Shown here: in pieces, positions 53,845-62,949 of the stretch
Numbering within the stretch: position 1 is the stretch's first letter
Layout: each line of letters opens with the position of its first letter
Source: an uncultured Candidatus Saccharibacteria bacterium
GTDB taxonomy: Bacteria > Patescibacteriota > Minisyncoccia > UBA6257 > WO2-44-18
NCBI GenBank assembly: GCA_964373675.1
Contig: CAYJVO010000001.1
Coordinates: 4,327 to 68,326 of the forward strand
Reading direction: 5' to 3'
Length of the DNA stretch: 64,000 nt
Notes under the pieces: model-generated
What the model was told of the DNA's origin: nothing
Databases searched by the model: none
The model's input: the letters and a program-made list of their open reading frames with translations, nothing else
Position numbers and translations under genes: made by a program

Positions 53845-54171
53845 CTAAACCATCTTGATTTCAATATCTACGCCGGCGGGTAAATTAAGTTTAGATAAAG
53901 ATTCTATAATTGCCTGGTTTGGATTAAGAATGTCAATTAGTCTTTTATGAACCCGCAGCTCAAACTGCTCCCGAGAGTCTTTATGAACGAAAGTTGAACG
54001 GTTAACGGTATACTTTTTAATCTCGGTGGGCAGCGGAATCGGACCAATAACCTCCGCATCCTGACGCTTAGCGGCTTCTATAATCTGCTTGCAGGAATTA
54101 TCAATTAATTTATGGTCATAGGCTTTAATCCGAAGCCGTAATTTTTCTTTTTCAACTTCCTTCTTTACCAT
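53845..54171 (-). CDS. rpsJ: 30S ribosomal protein S10
   Basis: [15 protein letters not shown]...[20 protein letters not shown] motifs. Confidence 0.9.
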   Translation of the reverse strand: MVKKEVEKEKLRLRIKAYDHKLIDNSCKQIIEAAKRQDAEVIGPIPLPTEIKKYTVNRSTFVHKDSREQFELRVHKRLIDILNPNQAIIESLSKLNLPAGVDIEIKMV

Positions 54172-54174
54172 TGC

Positions 54175-54253
54175 GATCCGCTACTAAATACGAAATTTTT
54201 ACGAATATACTAAATGTTTTTCGTACTTTCGTAAATTTTCGTATTTAGTAGCC
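54175..54253. repeat. Family B element, short variant, copy B6, directly abutting the rpsJ start codon
   Basis: CTACTAAATACGAAATTTTTACGAATATACTAAATGTTTTTCGTACTTTCGTAAATTTTCGTATTTAGTAGCC. The same element with the same junction sequence (GCGATCCG-CAT) precedes rpsG at 58218-58295. Confidence 0.75.
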
Positions 54254-54289
54254 AATGAACTTATTGTTTGATCCGTATATTGGAGCAGT

Positions 54290-55489
54290 TTACTTGAGGA
54301 TTTTGACAACAACGCCAGCGCCCACGGTCTTGCCGCCTTCGCGGATGGCAAACCGCTGTTTTTCTTCCAAGGCAACTGGCGCAATTAATTTAATGACGAG
54401 TTTGATGGTATCGCCAGGCATAACCATTTCCATACCTTGGGGCAGGGTTACCTCGCCAGTAACATCAGTGGTCCGGATGTAAAACTGAGGTTTATATCCT
54501 TTAAAGAATGGGGTGTGGCGTCCGCCTTCTTCTTTACTTAACACATAAACTTCGCTGTCAAATTCCGTATGTGGCGTCACGCTGCCCGGTTTGGCAATCA
54601 CCTGGCCGCGTTCTACATCTTCTTTTTTCAAACCGCGCAGCAAAATGCCCACATTGTCGCCGGCCCGACCCTCGTCCAAAAGCTTATTAAACATTTCAAT
54701 GCCGGTTACCACGGTTTTTTGAGTTGGCTTCAAACCTATAATTTCCACTTCTTCATTAAGCTTCACGATGCCGCGTTCCGCTCTTCCGGTTACTACCGTA
54801 CCGCGGCCCTCAATAGAAAAAATGTCTTCTATGGGCATCAAAAACGGTTTGCTGATGTCGCGAACCGGTTCAGGAATATATTCATCTAAAGCTTTGACTA
54901 AATCTAAAATCGGCTTAGCAACAGGATCGTCAGCAGACTTAGCATTAAGCGCATTTAAGGCCGAACCGCGAATGACTGGCGTAGTATCCCCCGGAAATTC
55001 GTATTTTTTTAAAAGTTCGCGAACCTCGGATTCTACCAAATCAATAAGTTCCGGGTCGTCAACTGCATCAACTTTGTTTAAGAAAACAACTAAAGCTGGC
55101 ACGCCGACTTGGCGGGCGAGCAGAATATGCTCTCTAGTTTGAGGCATCGGGCCGTCAGCCGCGGAAACTACCAGAATCGCGCCATCCATCTGAGCCGCGC
55201 CGGTAATCATATTTTTGATATAATCAGCGTGTCCGGGAGCGTCAATGTGAGCATAGTGACGCTTGTCTGATTCATATTCAGAATGGTGAAGAGCAATAGT
55301 AATGCCGCGGGCTTTTTCTTCCGGAGCATTATCAATGTCATCAACCGACTCCTCTTTTTTAGCCAAACCTTTTAAGAAAAGAATGTGGGTCAAAGCCGCA
55401 GTAAGCGTGGTTTTGCCATGATCAACGTGCCCAATAGTACCAACATTGACATGAGGTTTGGTTCTAACAAATTTTTCTTTTTCCGCCAT
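54290..55489 (-). CDS. tuf: Elongation factor Tu
   Basis: [18 protein letters not shown] and NKVD G-motifs. 399 aa. Confidence 0.95.
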   Translation of the reverse strand: MAEKEKFVRTKPHVNVGTIGHVDHGKTTLTAALTHILFLKGLAKKEESVDDIDNAPEEKARGITIALHHSEYESDKRHYAHIDAPGHADYIKNMITGAAQMDGAILVVSAADGPMPQTREHILLARQVGVPALVVFLNKVDAVDDPELIDLVESEVRELLKKYEFPGDTTPVIRGSALNALNAKSADDPVAKPILDLVKALDEYIPEPVRDISKPFLMPIEDIFSIEGRGTVVTGRAERGIVKLNEEVEIIGLKPTQKTVVTGIEMFNKLLDEGRAGDNVGILLRGLKKEDVERGQVIAKPGSVTPHTEFDSEVYVLSKEEGGRHTPFFKGYKPQFYIRTTDVTGEVTLPQGMEMVMPGDTIKLVIKLIAPVALEEKQRFAIREGGKTVGAGVVVKILK

Positions 55490-55528
55490 ACTTTTTTATT
55501 TATTATTTATTCACGACAATAATCCGAT

Positions 55529-55556
55529 TTTATAGGAAACCCCCTTAATATGTCAA
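55529..55556 (-). promoter_or_regulatory. Sigma70-like promoter (TTGACA-16nt-TATAAA) in the fusA-tuf spacer
   Basis: Minus-strand reading: CTTGACATATTAAGGGGGTTTCCTATAAAATC, about 40 nt upstream of the tuf ATG. Confidence 0.5.
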
Positions 55557-55584
55557 GAGGTAAAAGGTGTAAACAAAAAACTTC

Positions 55585-57717
55585 TTATTTCTTACCTTCA
55601 ATAATCAATTGAGCCACGCTCTGAGGAACTTCCTCATAATGACTGAACTCCATGTTAAAAGTTCCGCGGCCCTGCGTCATAGAACGCAGCTTGGTCGCAT
55701 AGCCAAACATTTCTGAAAGCGGCACCTTGGTATCAATAACTTTTATGGTTCCCATTCGGTCACTCATTGCTTCAATTTTGCCTCGTTTGGAGCTTATATC
55801 GCCGGTAATGTCACCTAAAAATTCCGTCGGCATAATCACCTGCACCTTCATAATTGGTTCCAAGATCACCGGTTTGGAGCGCTTAGCGCCTTCTTGAAAG
55901 GCAATTGATCCAGCCACCTTGAAAGCCATTTCCGAAGAATCCACTTCGTGATAGGAACCGTCGTAAAGAGTAACTATAACGTCTGTCATCGGGTAGCCGG
56001 CAACAATACCTTTATTCATCGCTTCCTTAATACCTTTTTCCGTCGCCGGAATGTATTCTTGTGGAATCACGCCTCCTTTAATGGCGTTAATAAACTCAAA
56101 TCCCCTGCCGCGTTCATTGGGCTCTAATTTTAGGCGCACGTGGCCATATTGGCCGCGGCCGCCTGACTGACGGATATACTTCCCCTCTGCCTCGCCATTA
56201 GCTTTAATAGTTTCTTTATAAGCAACTTGAGGGCGACCGGTGTTGGCCTCTACATGAAACTCGCGCTTCATGCGCTCCACAATGATTTCCAAATGCAGTT
56301 CGCCCATGCCAGATATAATGGTTTCTCCGGTTTCAAGATCGCCAGCAACCCGAAAAGTCGGATCCTCTTCTCCAAGACGACGTAAAGCCACGCCCATTTT
56401 CTCCTGATCGACTTTAGTCTTTGGTTCAATGCGCATACTGATAACCGGTTCCGGAAAAATAATTTTTTCCAAAATTATTGGGTTTTCGGGGTCGCATAAA
56501 GTATCGCCGGTGGCAGTGTCTTTCAAACCGACAATGGCGCCCAAATCTCCCGCCGGAATTTCCTCAACTTCTTCACGCTTGTTAGCATGCATCCGCACCA
56601 AACGGCCCACCCGTTCCTGAAAATTCTTCGCGGAATTATAAATGTAACTGCCACGCTTCATTACGCCGGAATAAACTCTTAAAAAGGTTAAAGAGCCCAT
56701 AAACGGGTCAGCCGCGATTTTAAACGCCAAAGCTGCCATCAGCTCTTCATCTTTGGAATGACGCAGGAGTTCGGCTCCGGTTTTAGGATCAATCCCTTTC
56801 ACCGGCGGAATGTCCAGCGGCGAAGGCAGGTAATCTATAACTGCGTCCAGAACTAGCTGAACCCCTTTGTTTTTTAAGGCCGAACCGGCCAGTACCGGAA
56901 TAATTGTTCCGGCAATAGTCGCTTTACGCAAAAGCTTTTTTAATTCCTCCAATGGCGGTTCTTTGCCTTCCAAATAAGCGCTCATAGCCGCATCATCCTG
57001 CTCAACAATTTTTTCAATCAGTTCATGGCGCCGTTTTTCCGCGGCCTCCGTGTACTCTGCCGGAATATCCGTTTCCACTACTCGCTCCCCTTTTTCTCCC
57101 TCAAAATAAAATGCCTTCCTCCGTAAAAGATCTATTAACCCTTTAAACTCGGCTTCTAGTCCGATAGGAATCTGCAATGGAAGAGCGAGGGGATTTAAAC
57201 GTTCGCGAATAGACTGCAGACTCCCCTCAAAACTTGCGCCTGTCCGGTCTAATTTATTGATAAAACAAAGTCTGGGCACGCCATATTCATCCGCGTATCG
57301 CCAATTAGTTTCCGACTGCGGCTCCACGCCTGATACTCCATCAAAAACCACTACTGCGCCATCCAAAACGCGCAAAGAACGCTTCACTTCAATCGTAAAA
57401 TCAATGTGGCCCGGCGTATCAATCAGATTAATACGGTGCTCAAATTCTTTTCTGCGTTGGTCCGCGTTTAAATCCGCGGAAGTCCGCGCCACGTATGTGG
57501 GGGTCCAAAAACAAGTCGTAACGGCAGCCGTAATGGTGATGCCGCGCTCTCGTTCCTGTTCCATCCAGTCCATTACCGTATCACCGGTATGCACTTCTCC
57601 GATCCGATGAGCAACACCGGTATAAAAAAGAATCCGTTCCGAAACGGTTGTCTTTCCGGCATCAATATGGGCAATGATGCCGATATCTCTGACCTTCTCA
57701 ATAGGATAAAGCCTCAT
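55585..57717 (-). CDS. fusA: Elongation factor G
   Basis: [18 protein letters not shown] and NKLD. 710 aa, domains I-V. Confidence 0.95.
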   Translation of the reverse strand: MRLYPIEKVRDIGIIAHIDAGKTTVSERILFYTGVAHRIGEVHTGDTVMDWMEQERERGITITAAVTTCFWTPTYVARTSADLNADQRRKEFEHRINLIDTPGHIDFTIEVKRSLRVLDGAVVVFDGVSGVEPQSETNWRYADEYGVPRLCFINKLDRTGASFEGSLQSIRERLNPLALPLQIPIGLEAEFKGLIDLLRRKAFYFEGEKGERVVETDIPAEYTEAAEKRRHELIEKIVEQDDAAMSAYLEGKEPPLEELKKLLRKATIAGTIIPVLAGSALKNKGVQLVLDAVIDYLPSPLDIPPVKGIDPKTGAELLRHSKDEELMAALAFKIAADPFMGSLTFLRVYSGVMKRGSYIYNSAKNFQERVGRLVRMHANKREEVEEIPAGDLGAIVGLKDTATGDTLCDPENPIILEKIIFPEPVISMRIEPKTKVDQEKMGVALRRLGEEDPTFRVAGDLETGETIISGMGELHLEIIVERMKREFHVEANTGRPQVAYKETIKANGEAEGKYIRQSGGRGQYGHVRLKLEPNERGRGFEFINAIKGGVIPQEYIPATEKGIKEAMNKGIVAGYPMTDVIVTLYDGSYHEVDSSEMAFKVAGSIAFQEGAKRSKPVILEPIMKVQVIMPTEFLGDITGDISSKRGKIEAMSDRMGTIKVIDTKVPLSEMFGYATKLRSMTQGRGTFNMEFSHYEEVPQSVAQLIIEGKK

Positions 57718-57746
57718 GAATTCGTACTCATTTCGTATTTCGTAGC
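57718..57746. repeat. Family B half-element (single arm) in the rpsG-fusA spacer
   Basis: TTCGTACTCATTTCGTATTTCGTAGC. Right-arm sequence only. Confidence 0.5.
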
Positions 57747-58214
57747 CTACCAGGCGAAGTGCGCAAAAGCCCGGTTGGCTTCTGCCATTCTATGAGTATC
57801 CTGCTTCTTTTTAATCGCGGCTCCCTCGTTTTTAACTGCAAGCAGCAGCTCTTCCGCTAACTTCCGGGCCATTGGTTTGCCTTTTTTGGCCCGGGCAGCC
57901 CCAATCAGCCATCGGGCGGCTAAAACAAATCGCCGGTCAACGCGAACCTCGCGGGGAACTTGATAATTGGCGCCACCGATTCTTCGGGAAACGACTTCCA
58001 CCGCTGGAGCGGTATTTTCTAAGGCTTTCTCAAAAACCGAAAGAGGGTCCTGCTTGGTCTCTTTTTTTATAATATCAAAGGTGTTGTATAAAACTTTCTC
58101 TGCAACGGTTTTTTTACCCTCCTTCATTAAATAATTAATAAAGCGTCCAACAGCCACGCTTTTATACTCTAAATCCGGCGTATGTTCTCTTTTGTAATTG
58201 CGTTTCTTACGCAT
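57747..58214 (-). CDS. rpsG: 30S ribosomal protein S7
   Basis: 155 aa with [11 protein letters not shown]...[11 protein letters not shown] motifs. Confidence 0.9.
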   Translation of the reverse strand: MRKKRNYKREHTPDLEYKSVAVGRFINYLMKEGKKTVAEKVLYNTFDIIKKETKQDPLSVFEKALENTAPAVEVVSRRIGGANYQVPREVRVDRRFVLAARWLIGAARAKKGKPMARKLAEELLLAVKNEGAAIKKKQDTHRMAEANRAFAHFAW

Positions 58215-58217
58215 TGC

Positions 58218-58295
58218 GATCCGCTACTAAATACGAAATTTTTACGAATATACTAAGTGTTTTTCGTACTTTCGTAAATTTTCGTATTTCGTAGC
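58218..58295. repeat. Family B element, short variant, copy B7 (rpsL-rpsG spacer)
   Basis: Differs from B6 at 2-3 positions. Confidence 0.75.
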
Positions 58296-58298
58296 TAA

Positions 58299-58721
58299 TT
58301 AACTTGTTGCTTCCTTCGGCATCTTCGCGCCATACCCCGACCGTTGCTGCCTTCTTGCTTCCACGCCAGAGGCGTCCAGGACGCCGCGCACAATATGATA
58401 ACGGACGCCCGGCAAATCTTTTGCGCGTCCGCCGCGAACCATAACCACTGAGTGTTCCTGTAAATTATGACCTTCTCCCGGAATATAAGCGGTTATTTCC
58501 ATTCCGTTGGTTAAACGCACGCGCGCCACTTTGCGCAAAGCAGAGTTTGGTTTTTTTGGCGTCGTAGTAAAAACCTTCAAACAGACGCCGCGCTTAAATG
58601 GCGACGCCACCTTGACCGGTTTATTTTTAAGCGTGTTGAAATAACGCCTCATGGCCGGCGCTTTGGACTTATACACAGTCACTTTTCTTCCCTTTTTAAT
58701 AAGCTGCCTGATGGTCGGCAT
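58299..58721 (-). CDS. rpsL: 30S ribosomal protein S12 with short C-terminal extension
   Basis: [12 protein letters not shown]...[11 protein letters not shown]...HNLQEHS motifs. 140 aa. Confidence 0.9.
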   Translation of the reverse strand: MPTIRQLIKKGRKVTVYKSKAPAMRRYFNTLKNKPVKVASPFKRGVCLKVFTTTPKKPNSALRKVARVRLTNGMEITAYIPGEGHNLQEHSVVMVRGGRAKDLPGVRYHIVRGVLDASGVEARRQQRSGYGAKMPKEATS

Positions 58722-58760
58722 ACCGAAAAGATTAACAAATTATAAAGCTCAAAGTCAAAC

Positions 58761-59417
58761 ATGTTATACTTAAAATTAATGAATTATTTAACCGTTTTGC
58801 TGTTTCAGCTCTTCGTGCTCGTCTTTTCCGTTATCATTCACGAAGTATCTCATGGTTTAATGGCTTTACGCTTGGGGGATACTACTGCTAGAGACGCCGG
58901 CCGATTGACTTTAAACCCCTTAAAACACCTGGATTTTTTTGGTTCATTTATCGTGCCGATCACGCTTTTTCTGCTCTCCGGAGGCACTCTAGTTCTGGGT
59001 TGGGCAAAACCGGTTCCTTACAATCCTTACAATTTAAAAAACCCCAAATTAAGCGCCGCCCTTATCGGTCTGGCTGGTCCATTAAGCAATATTCTGGTGG
59101 CGCTGATTTTCGGATTGCTGATTCGCGTACCTCTGCCAGCAGAACTTGTTGTTCCCTTAACCCTGATGGCTTTTTTCAACTTTATAGTTTTTATAAATGT
59201 TTTGCTGGCGGTTTTTAATCTTGTACCTATTCCGCCGCTGGACGGTTCCAATATCCTCTTTTCTCTGATGCCGCGGCAGCTGGCTGCCATTCAAAGATTT
59301 TTGGAGCGCTACGGAATTTTTATTCTTATTTTCTTTATCTTTTTTGGATTTCAGTTTATTTTTCCGGTCGTCTACGCGCTCTATCGCCTCATTGTTGGCG
59401 GAGAAGTTGCCTTCTAA
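58761..59417 (+). CDS. M50 family membrane metalloprotease (SpoIVFB/site-2 protease-like, short)
   Basis: HEVSHGLMA (HExxH) inside TM1, and a second conserved LDG motif (PIPPLDGSNIL) in a later TM. Confidence 0.75.
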   Translation: MLYLKLMNYLTVLLFQLFVLVFSVIIHEVSHGLMALRLGDTTARDAGRLTLNPLKHLDFFGSFIVPITLFLLSGGTLVLGWAKPVPYNPYNLKNPKLSAALIGLAGPLSNILVALIFGLLIRVPLPAELVVPLTLMAFFNFIVFINVLLAVFNLVPIPPLDGSNILFSLMPRQLAAIQRFLERYGIFILIFFIFFGFQFIFPVVYALYRLIVGGEVAF

Positions 59418-59433
59418 AATCAGTGCGGGATAT

Positions 59434-59455
59434 TTACCCCCACACCTAGTTAGTT
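59434..59455. repeat. Left inverted repeat flanking the GIY-YIG mini-gene
   Basis: TTACCCCCACACCTAGTTAGTT. Its partner at 59666-59692 is AACTAACTAGGTGTGAGGGTTTACCCC, with a 15-bp perfect core CACACCTAGTTAGTT. Confidence 0.7.
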
Positions 59456-59463
59456 TCAATAGT

Positions 59464-59640
59464 ATGTTTTATGTTTATCTAATACAAAGCAAAAAAGATG
59501 ACGAATTGTATACTGGTTCTACAAATGATTTAAAAAGGAGGCTTTTGGAACATAATCAAGGATTAAATAAATCCACTAAACATCGCGGGTCATTTGAATT
59601 AATTTATTATGAAGCTTACAAATGCTTTGGGCCAACTTAA
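59464..59640 (+). CDS. Stand-alone GIY-YIG domain protein (58 aa)
   Basis: FYVYLIQSKKDDELYTGSTNDLKRRLLEHNQG is the classic GIY-YIG signature (Y.YIL.....LYVG.T.NL.RR..EH). Confidence 0.8.
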   Translation: MFYVYLIQSKKDDELYTGSTNDLKRRLLEHNQGLNKSTKHRGSFELIYYEAYKCFGPT

Positions 59641-59665
59641 ACGTCGGGTATCCAAAAGCCTCAAA

Positions 59666-59692
59666 AACTAACTAGGTGTGAGGGTTTACCCC
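59666..59692. repeat. Right inverted repeat flanking the GIY-YIG mini-gene
   Basis: Reverse complement of the left repeat, with the two differences noted there. Confidence 0.7.
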
Positions 59693-59735
59693 TTAGGTAT
59701 TTTAACTTATAATATTCTCGGTTCTTTAATAGTGG

Positions 59736-60977
59736 TTGATGAAGATAGGCATCCTCTTATCTCTATCAATATTTTCTCAAGATTCGGAATCCGTATTTAA
59801 AGCCGCCGCCGAATCAACAGTAATTATGCCCGCAGAAAATGTCTTAATGGGCGGCTTCAGCCCGAACCGGATGTCCACCGGCGTTCACGATGATCTTTTT
59901 GCCCGTTGTATTGTTTTTGAAAAGAACAATCAAAAAATGGCTTGGGTTAGCTTAGATCTACTGGGATTTTTGCGCTATGATGTGTTTCTTGTTAAAAAGG
60001 AGCTGGCTGAAAGAAGAACCCTTGATCCTTCATCGGTATTTATTTTCAGCACCCATCAGCACTCCGGTCCGGATACCCTCGGTCTTTGGGGCAGGATACC
60101 GATAGCCACGCCAGGACGCAATGAAAAATACTTGGCGGAAGTCCGACAGAAAATCGTTAAACTGATTGCCGAAACAGCGGCCAAAACCGAGCCGGCCAAT
60201 CTAAAAATAATCAAAACGGTCAGCAAGGAATTTTCCAAAAACCGACGCGAACCTGATCTCTTGGATAAAGACATCACGATACTGCTGGTAAGCAATGAAA
60301 AAAAACATATTGCCACGATTGTAAACTTCGGCTGCCATCCGGAGGTGATGTTTCGCAGCAATACCCTGATTTCCGCTGATTTTCCGGGCGTATTGGCAAA
60401 ACACCTGGAAGCTGCGATGGGCGGGACAACAATTTTCATTAACGGCATTTTAGGCGGGATGGTAACGCCGAATACGGCTGTTCTTAAAACCAATTACAGC
60501 GGCTTTGACAAATGTGAAGCAATGGGGAAATTACTGTCCCGTTGGGTAATTGATGCGGTGATTCAAAATCAAAAAGAAAAAATAAAACCTGACTGGACTA
60601 TAAAAACCGAGCACATCAAAATCCCGCTGGAGAATCACGCTTTTAAATTAGCCGTAAAGCACGGAGCGATTCCCAAATCTGAAGAAGTATTTCAAGACTG
60701 GCATCTTATAACCGAGGTGAGCGTTATAAACCTTGGTGGCGTATCAATTTTGCTGGTTCCCGGTGAAATCCTTCCCAAACTCGGTTTAGAAATCAAGGCA
60801 ATGTTTCCGGGTAAATACACAATGATGTTTACTTTGGCCAACGATGAGATTGGCTACATCATTCATCCTGATGATTGGTCGCGCGATCTTTACCGCTACG
60901 AACGCTCCATGTCCGTCGGCCCGAAAGCGGGAAAAATAATTTTGGAAACATTCAAAAAAATAGCGGTTGATAAATAG
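59736..60977 (+). CDS. Neutral/alkaline ceramidase-like hydrolase (short)
   Basis: Signal peptide. The N-terminal region ...IMPAENVLMGGF...GVHDDLFARCIVFE...WVSLDLLG follows the neutral ceramidase N-domain pattern. At 413 aa it is shorter than typical. Confidence 0.5.
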   Translation: MMKIGILLSLSIFSQDSESVFKAAAESTVIMPAENVLMGGFSPNRMSTGVHDDLFARCIVFEKNNQKMAWVSLDLLGFLRYDVFLVKKELAERRTLDPSSVFIFSTHQHSGPDTLGLWGRIPIATPGRNEKYLAEVRQKIVKLIAETAAKTEPANLKIIKTVSKEFSKNRREPDLLDKDITILLVSNEKKHIATIVNFGCHPEVMFRSNTLISADFPGVLAKHLEAAMGGTTIFINGILGGMVTPNTAVLKTNYSGFDKCEAMGKLLSRWVIDAVIQNQKEKIKPDWTIKTEHIKIPLENHAFKLAVKHGAIPKSEEVFQDWHLITEVSVINLGGVSILLVPGEILPKLGLEIKAMFPGKYTMMFTLANDEIGYIIHPDDWSRDLYRYERSMSVGPKAGKIILETFKKIAVDK

Positions 60978-60991
60978 CCGCTATTTATTTT
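60961..60991 (+). terminator. Rho-independent terminator overlapping the stop codon
   Basis: TAGCGG-TTGATAAATAG-CCGCTA followed by TTTATTTTT. Confidence 0.55.
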
Positions 60992-61013
60992 TAATGGAGG
61001 CGATGGAAGCAAA

Positions 61014-61070
61014 GGTATTCTATTTTTGTGATCGCTAGGATAAAATACCTAAATATTTAACTAACTAATA
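61014..61070 (+). repeat. Family C element, partial copy C3, immediately 3' of tRNA-Ser on the opposite strand
   Basis: GGTATTCTATTTTTGTGATCGCTAGGATAAAATACCTAAATATTTAACTAACTAATA. Only the first half of the family C consensus is present. Confidence 0.65.
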
Positions 61071-61085
61071 GTCACGCTAAGGAAG

Positions 61086-61170
61086 CGGAGGGGGCGAGAT
61101 TCGAACTCGCGAACCCTTGCGGGTTGCACGCTCTCCAAGCGTGTGCACTAGACCACTATGCGACCCCTCC
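61086..61170 (-). tRNA. tRNA-Ser (anticodon GGA), class II with long variable arm
   Basis: Reverse complement: acceptor GGAGGGG/CCCCUCC, 3-bp D stem, anticodon stem CACGC/GCGUG with loop UUGGAGA, variable arm ACCCGCAAGGGU, T-loop TTCGAAT, discriminator G. CCA is not encoded. Confidence 0.85.
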
Positions 61171-61180
61171 AGCTTTATAA

Positions 61181-61214
61181 AGTTTAAAACAAAAAATCCC
61201 GCTTCTCAAGCGGG
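61181..61214 (-). terminator. Rho-independent terminator overlapping the stop of the upstream gene
   Basis: Minus strand: CCCGCTTGAGAAGCGGG followed by ATTTTTTGTTTT. Confidence 0.6.
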
Positions 61215-62003
61215 GTTTTCGTTTTTCTTAATCAATTCAGCAATCTTTTCAAACGCAATTGTGGATTCTTTAAAACGTTTTTCAATGATCGCGAGGCACT
61301 TTTGACAACCGCTTTCCAAGTGTTCCATAAATTCTTTTTCTGTTTCCCCAGTCTCCAGACATTTAACTACGGCGCTCCGCCATTTTTCTTCTACGGCTAA
61401 AATCATATTCGTCGCCTGCAAAACCTTATTGGATTGATACCAGGATTCCACAGTGTCCGGATGCCACCAACCAGTTAACTGCGGCTGAATTATTTTTTCC
61501 GGCATATGAAATGGCGCCCGTCCCGGAGACAAAATCATGCTTAATTCGTGGTTGCCTTTTTCTTGCCGGATTCTTATAGGTTTTTGTCCCTGAAACCAAG
61601 TCCCGAATCTAACAACACACCGACGAATCGCAATATCCTGCATATGCGTGCGCTTAGTTTCTTGGGCTAAGAAATTAAGCCCGGAAGTAATATTGCTTGG
61701 CTCATCGTCATAAACCTCCGATGCTTCGCTGACCAACCGACCTAAAATCTCCGGCCGTAATTTTAAAAAGTTAAAATACGCATCCTCATAAATCATGCAG
61801 GCGCCGAGAAAATCTAAAGTTTGATCGCCCCACTGCCATACTAATTGCCAATTTCCTTTCCCATATTTTTGGTCCCACTCTTTTTGTTTTTCATCACGAT
61901 GTTTTCCTAAATACCCTGGCCGCTCAATCGTAATCCACACATTCATTATTAAACTCAAAAACGCTTTCAGTAGTATAAAATAGCTAACCGCTCCACGCAA
62001 CAA
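61206..62003 (-). CDS. Hypothetical protein directly downstream of thyA
   Basis: 265 aa (246 aa from the alternative start at 61946). Trp-rich, no motif recognised. Stop-to-start distance from thyA is 30 nt. Confidence 0.5.
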   Translation of the reverse strand: MLRGAVSYFILLKAFLSLIMNVWITIERPGYLGKHRDEKQKEWDQKYGKGNWQLVWQWGDQTLDFLGACMIYEDAYFNFLKLRPEILGRLVSEASEVYDDEPSNITSGLNFLAQETKRTHMQDIAIRRCVVRFGTWFQGQKPIRIRQEKGNHELSMILSPGRAPFHMPEKIIQPQLTGWWHPDTVESWYQSNKVLQATNMILAVEEKWRSAVVKCLETGETEKEFMEHLESGCQKCLAIIEKRFKESTIAFEKIAELIKKNENPA

Positions 62004-62032
62004 AAACCGCCGTTATCGGCGGGTTCCCAAAT

Positions 62033-62854
62033 TCACACTGCCATCGGGGCAGAAATCGCCGGATGATGTCTGTAGTTAATCAATTGAATGTCGTCCATTT
62101 TAAAATTGTCAATGCTGGTTACAGCCGGGTTTAGCCAAAGTTTCGGCAATGGCAACGGCTCGCGCTGTAACTGCGTCTTCGCCTGCTCAAAGTGATTTAA
62201 GTATATATGAACGTCGCCAAGAGTGTGAATAAATTCCCCCGGCCTCAAACCGGTTGTTTGAGCAACCAGGTGTAAAAGAAGCGCATAAGAAGCGATGTTG
62301 AACGGAACGCCTAAAAACATATCGCAGCTTCGCTGATACATTTGGAGCGACAGCCGGCCATTGGCAACGAAAAACTGAAAAAAAGCGTGGCAGGGAGGCA
62401 AGGCCATTTGCTCCAACTCGCCTGGATTCCAAGCCATCACGATAAGGCGACGATCGGACGGATTTTTCTTAATCCGGTTAATCACATCCCCCAGCTGATC
62501 GTAGGCAGTGCCGTCAGAGCGGCGCCATTTTCGCCATTGCACTCCATAAATGCGGCCAACATCGCCTTCAAATTCGGCTTTCACTTTCCAATATTCGGCA
62601 TTGGCATTGGCGTCCCAAATGTGACATCCAAGTTTCTGGAGCTCTTTTACGTCTTGGCTGCCACTGATAAACCACAAAAGTTCCGCCTTTACGAGGTCGA
62701 ATGCCACTTTTTTAGTCGTAATAATTGGGAATCCCTCGGCTATATCAAAACGCATTTGCCTTACAAACACCGAACGGTTCCCTATTCCAGTCCTATCCGG
62801 CCGATCAACCCCCCTTTCTAACACTTCCCGCAAGACATCCAAGTACTGCTTCAT
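62033..62854 (-). CDS. thyA: Thymidylate synthase (ThyA, folate-dependent)
   Basis: RTGTG-like RTGIG, PPCH (ALPPCHAFFQF), DMFLGVPFNIASYALL and HTLGDVHIYLNH motifs. Internal start MKQYLDVLREV (62854) is preferred over the 27-aa extension. Confidence 0.9.
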   Translation of the reverse strand: MKQYLDVLREVLERGVDRPDRTGIGNRSVFVRQMRFDIAEGFPIITTKKVAFDLVKAELLWFISGSQDVKELQKLGCHIWDANANAEYWKVKAEFEGDVGRIYGVQWRKWRRSDGTAYDQLGDVINRIKKNPSDRRLIVMAWNPGELEQMALPPCHAFFQFFVANGRLSLQMYQRSCDMFLGVPFNIASYALLLHLVAQTTGLRPGEFIHTLGDVHIYLNHFEQAKTQLQREPLPLPKLWLNPAVTSIDNFKMDDIQLINYRHHPAISAPMAV

Positions 62855-62949
62855 TTCCCATGCCCCTGTATCAAAAATGCTTTCGTAATAATAGCAAAAA
62901 CCAAAAAAACTTACCAAGTGGCGGGTTTCTTTCAATTCCCAATTCCTAA

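Noticed and set aside
54255-55142. Plus-strand ORFs 54255-54482, 54569-54889 and 54768-55142 antisense to tuf
   Set aside because: Embedded in the highly conserved EF-Tu CDS. Shadow ORFs.
9051-58295. Possibility that the recurring TACGAAA repeats form a CRISPR array
   Set aside because: Copies are tens of kb apart, individually palindromic, of variable length and not separated by uniform spacers. No cas genes. They are dispersed MITE-like elements.
61117-61305. ORF 61117-61305 (+, 62 aa)
   Set aside because: Overlaps tRNA-Ser on the opposite strand and the terminator. It has no coding signal.
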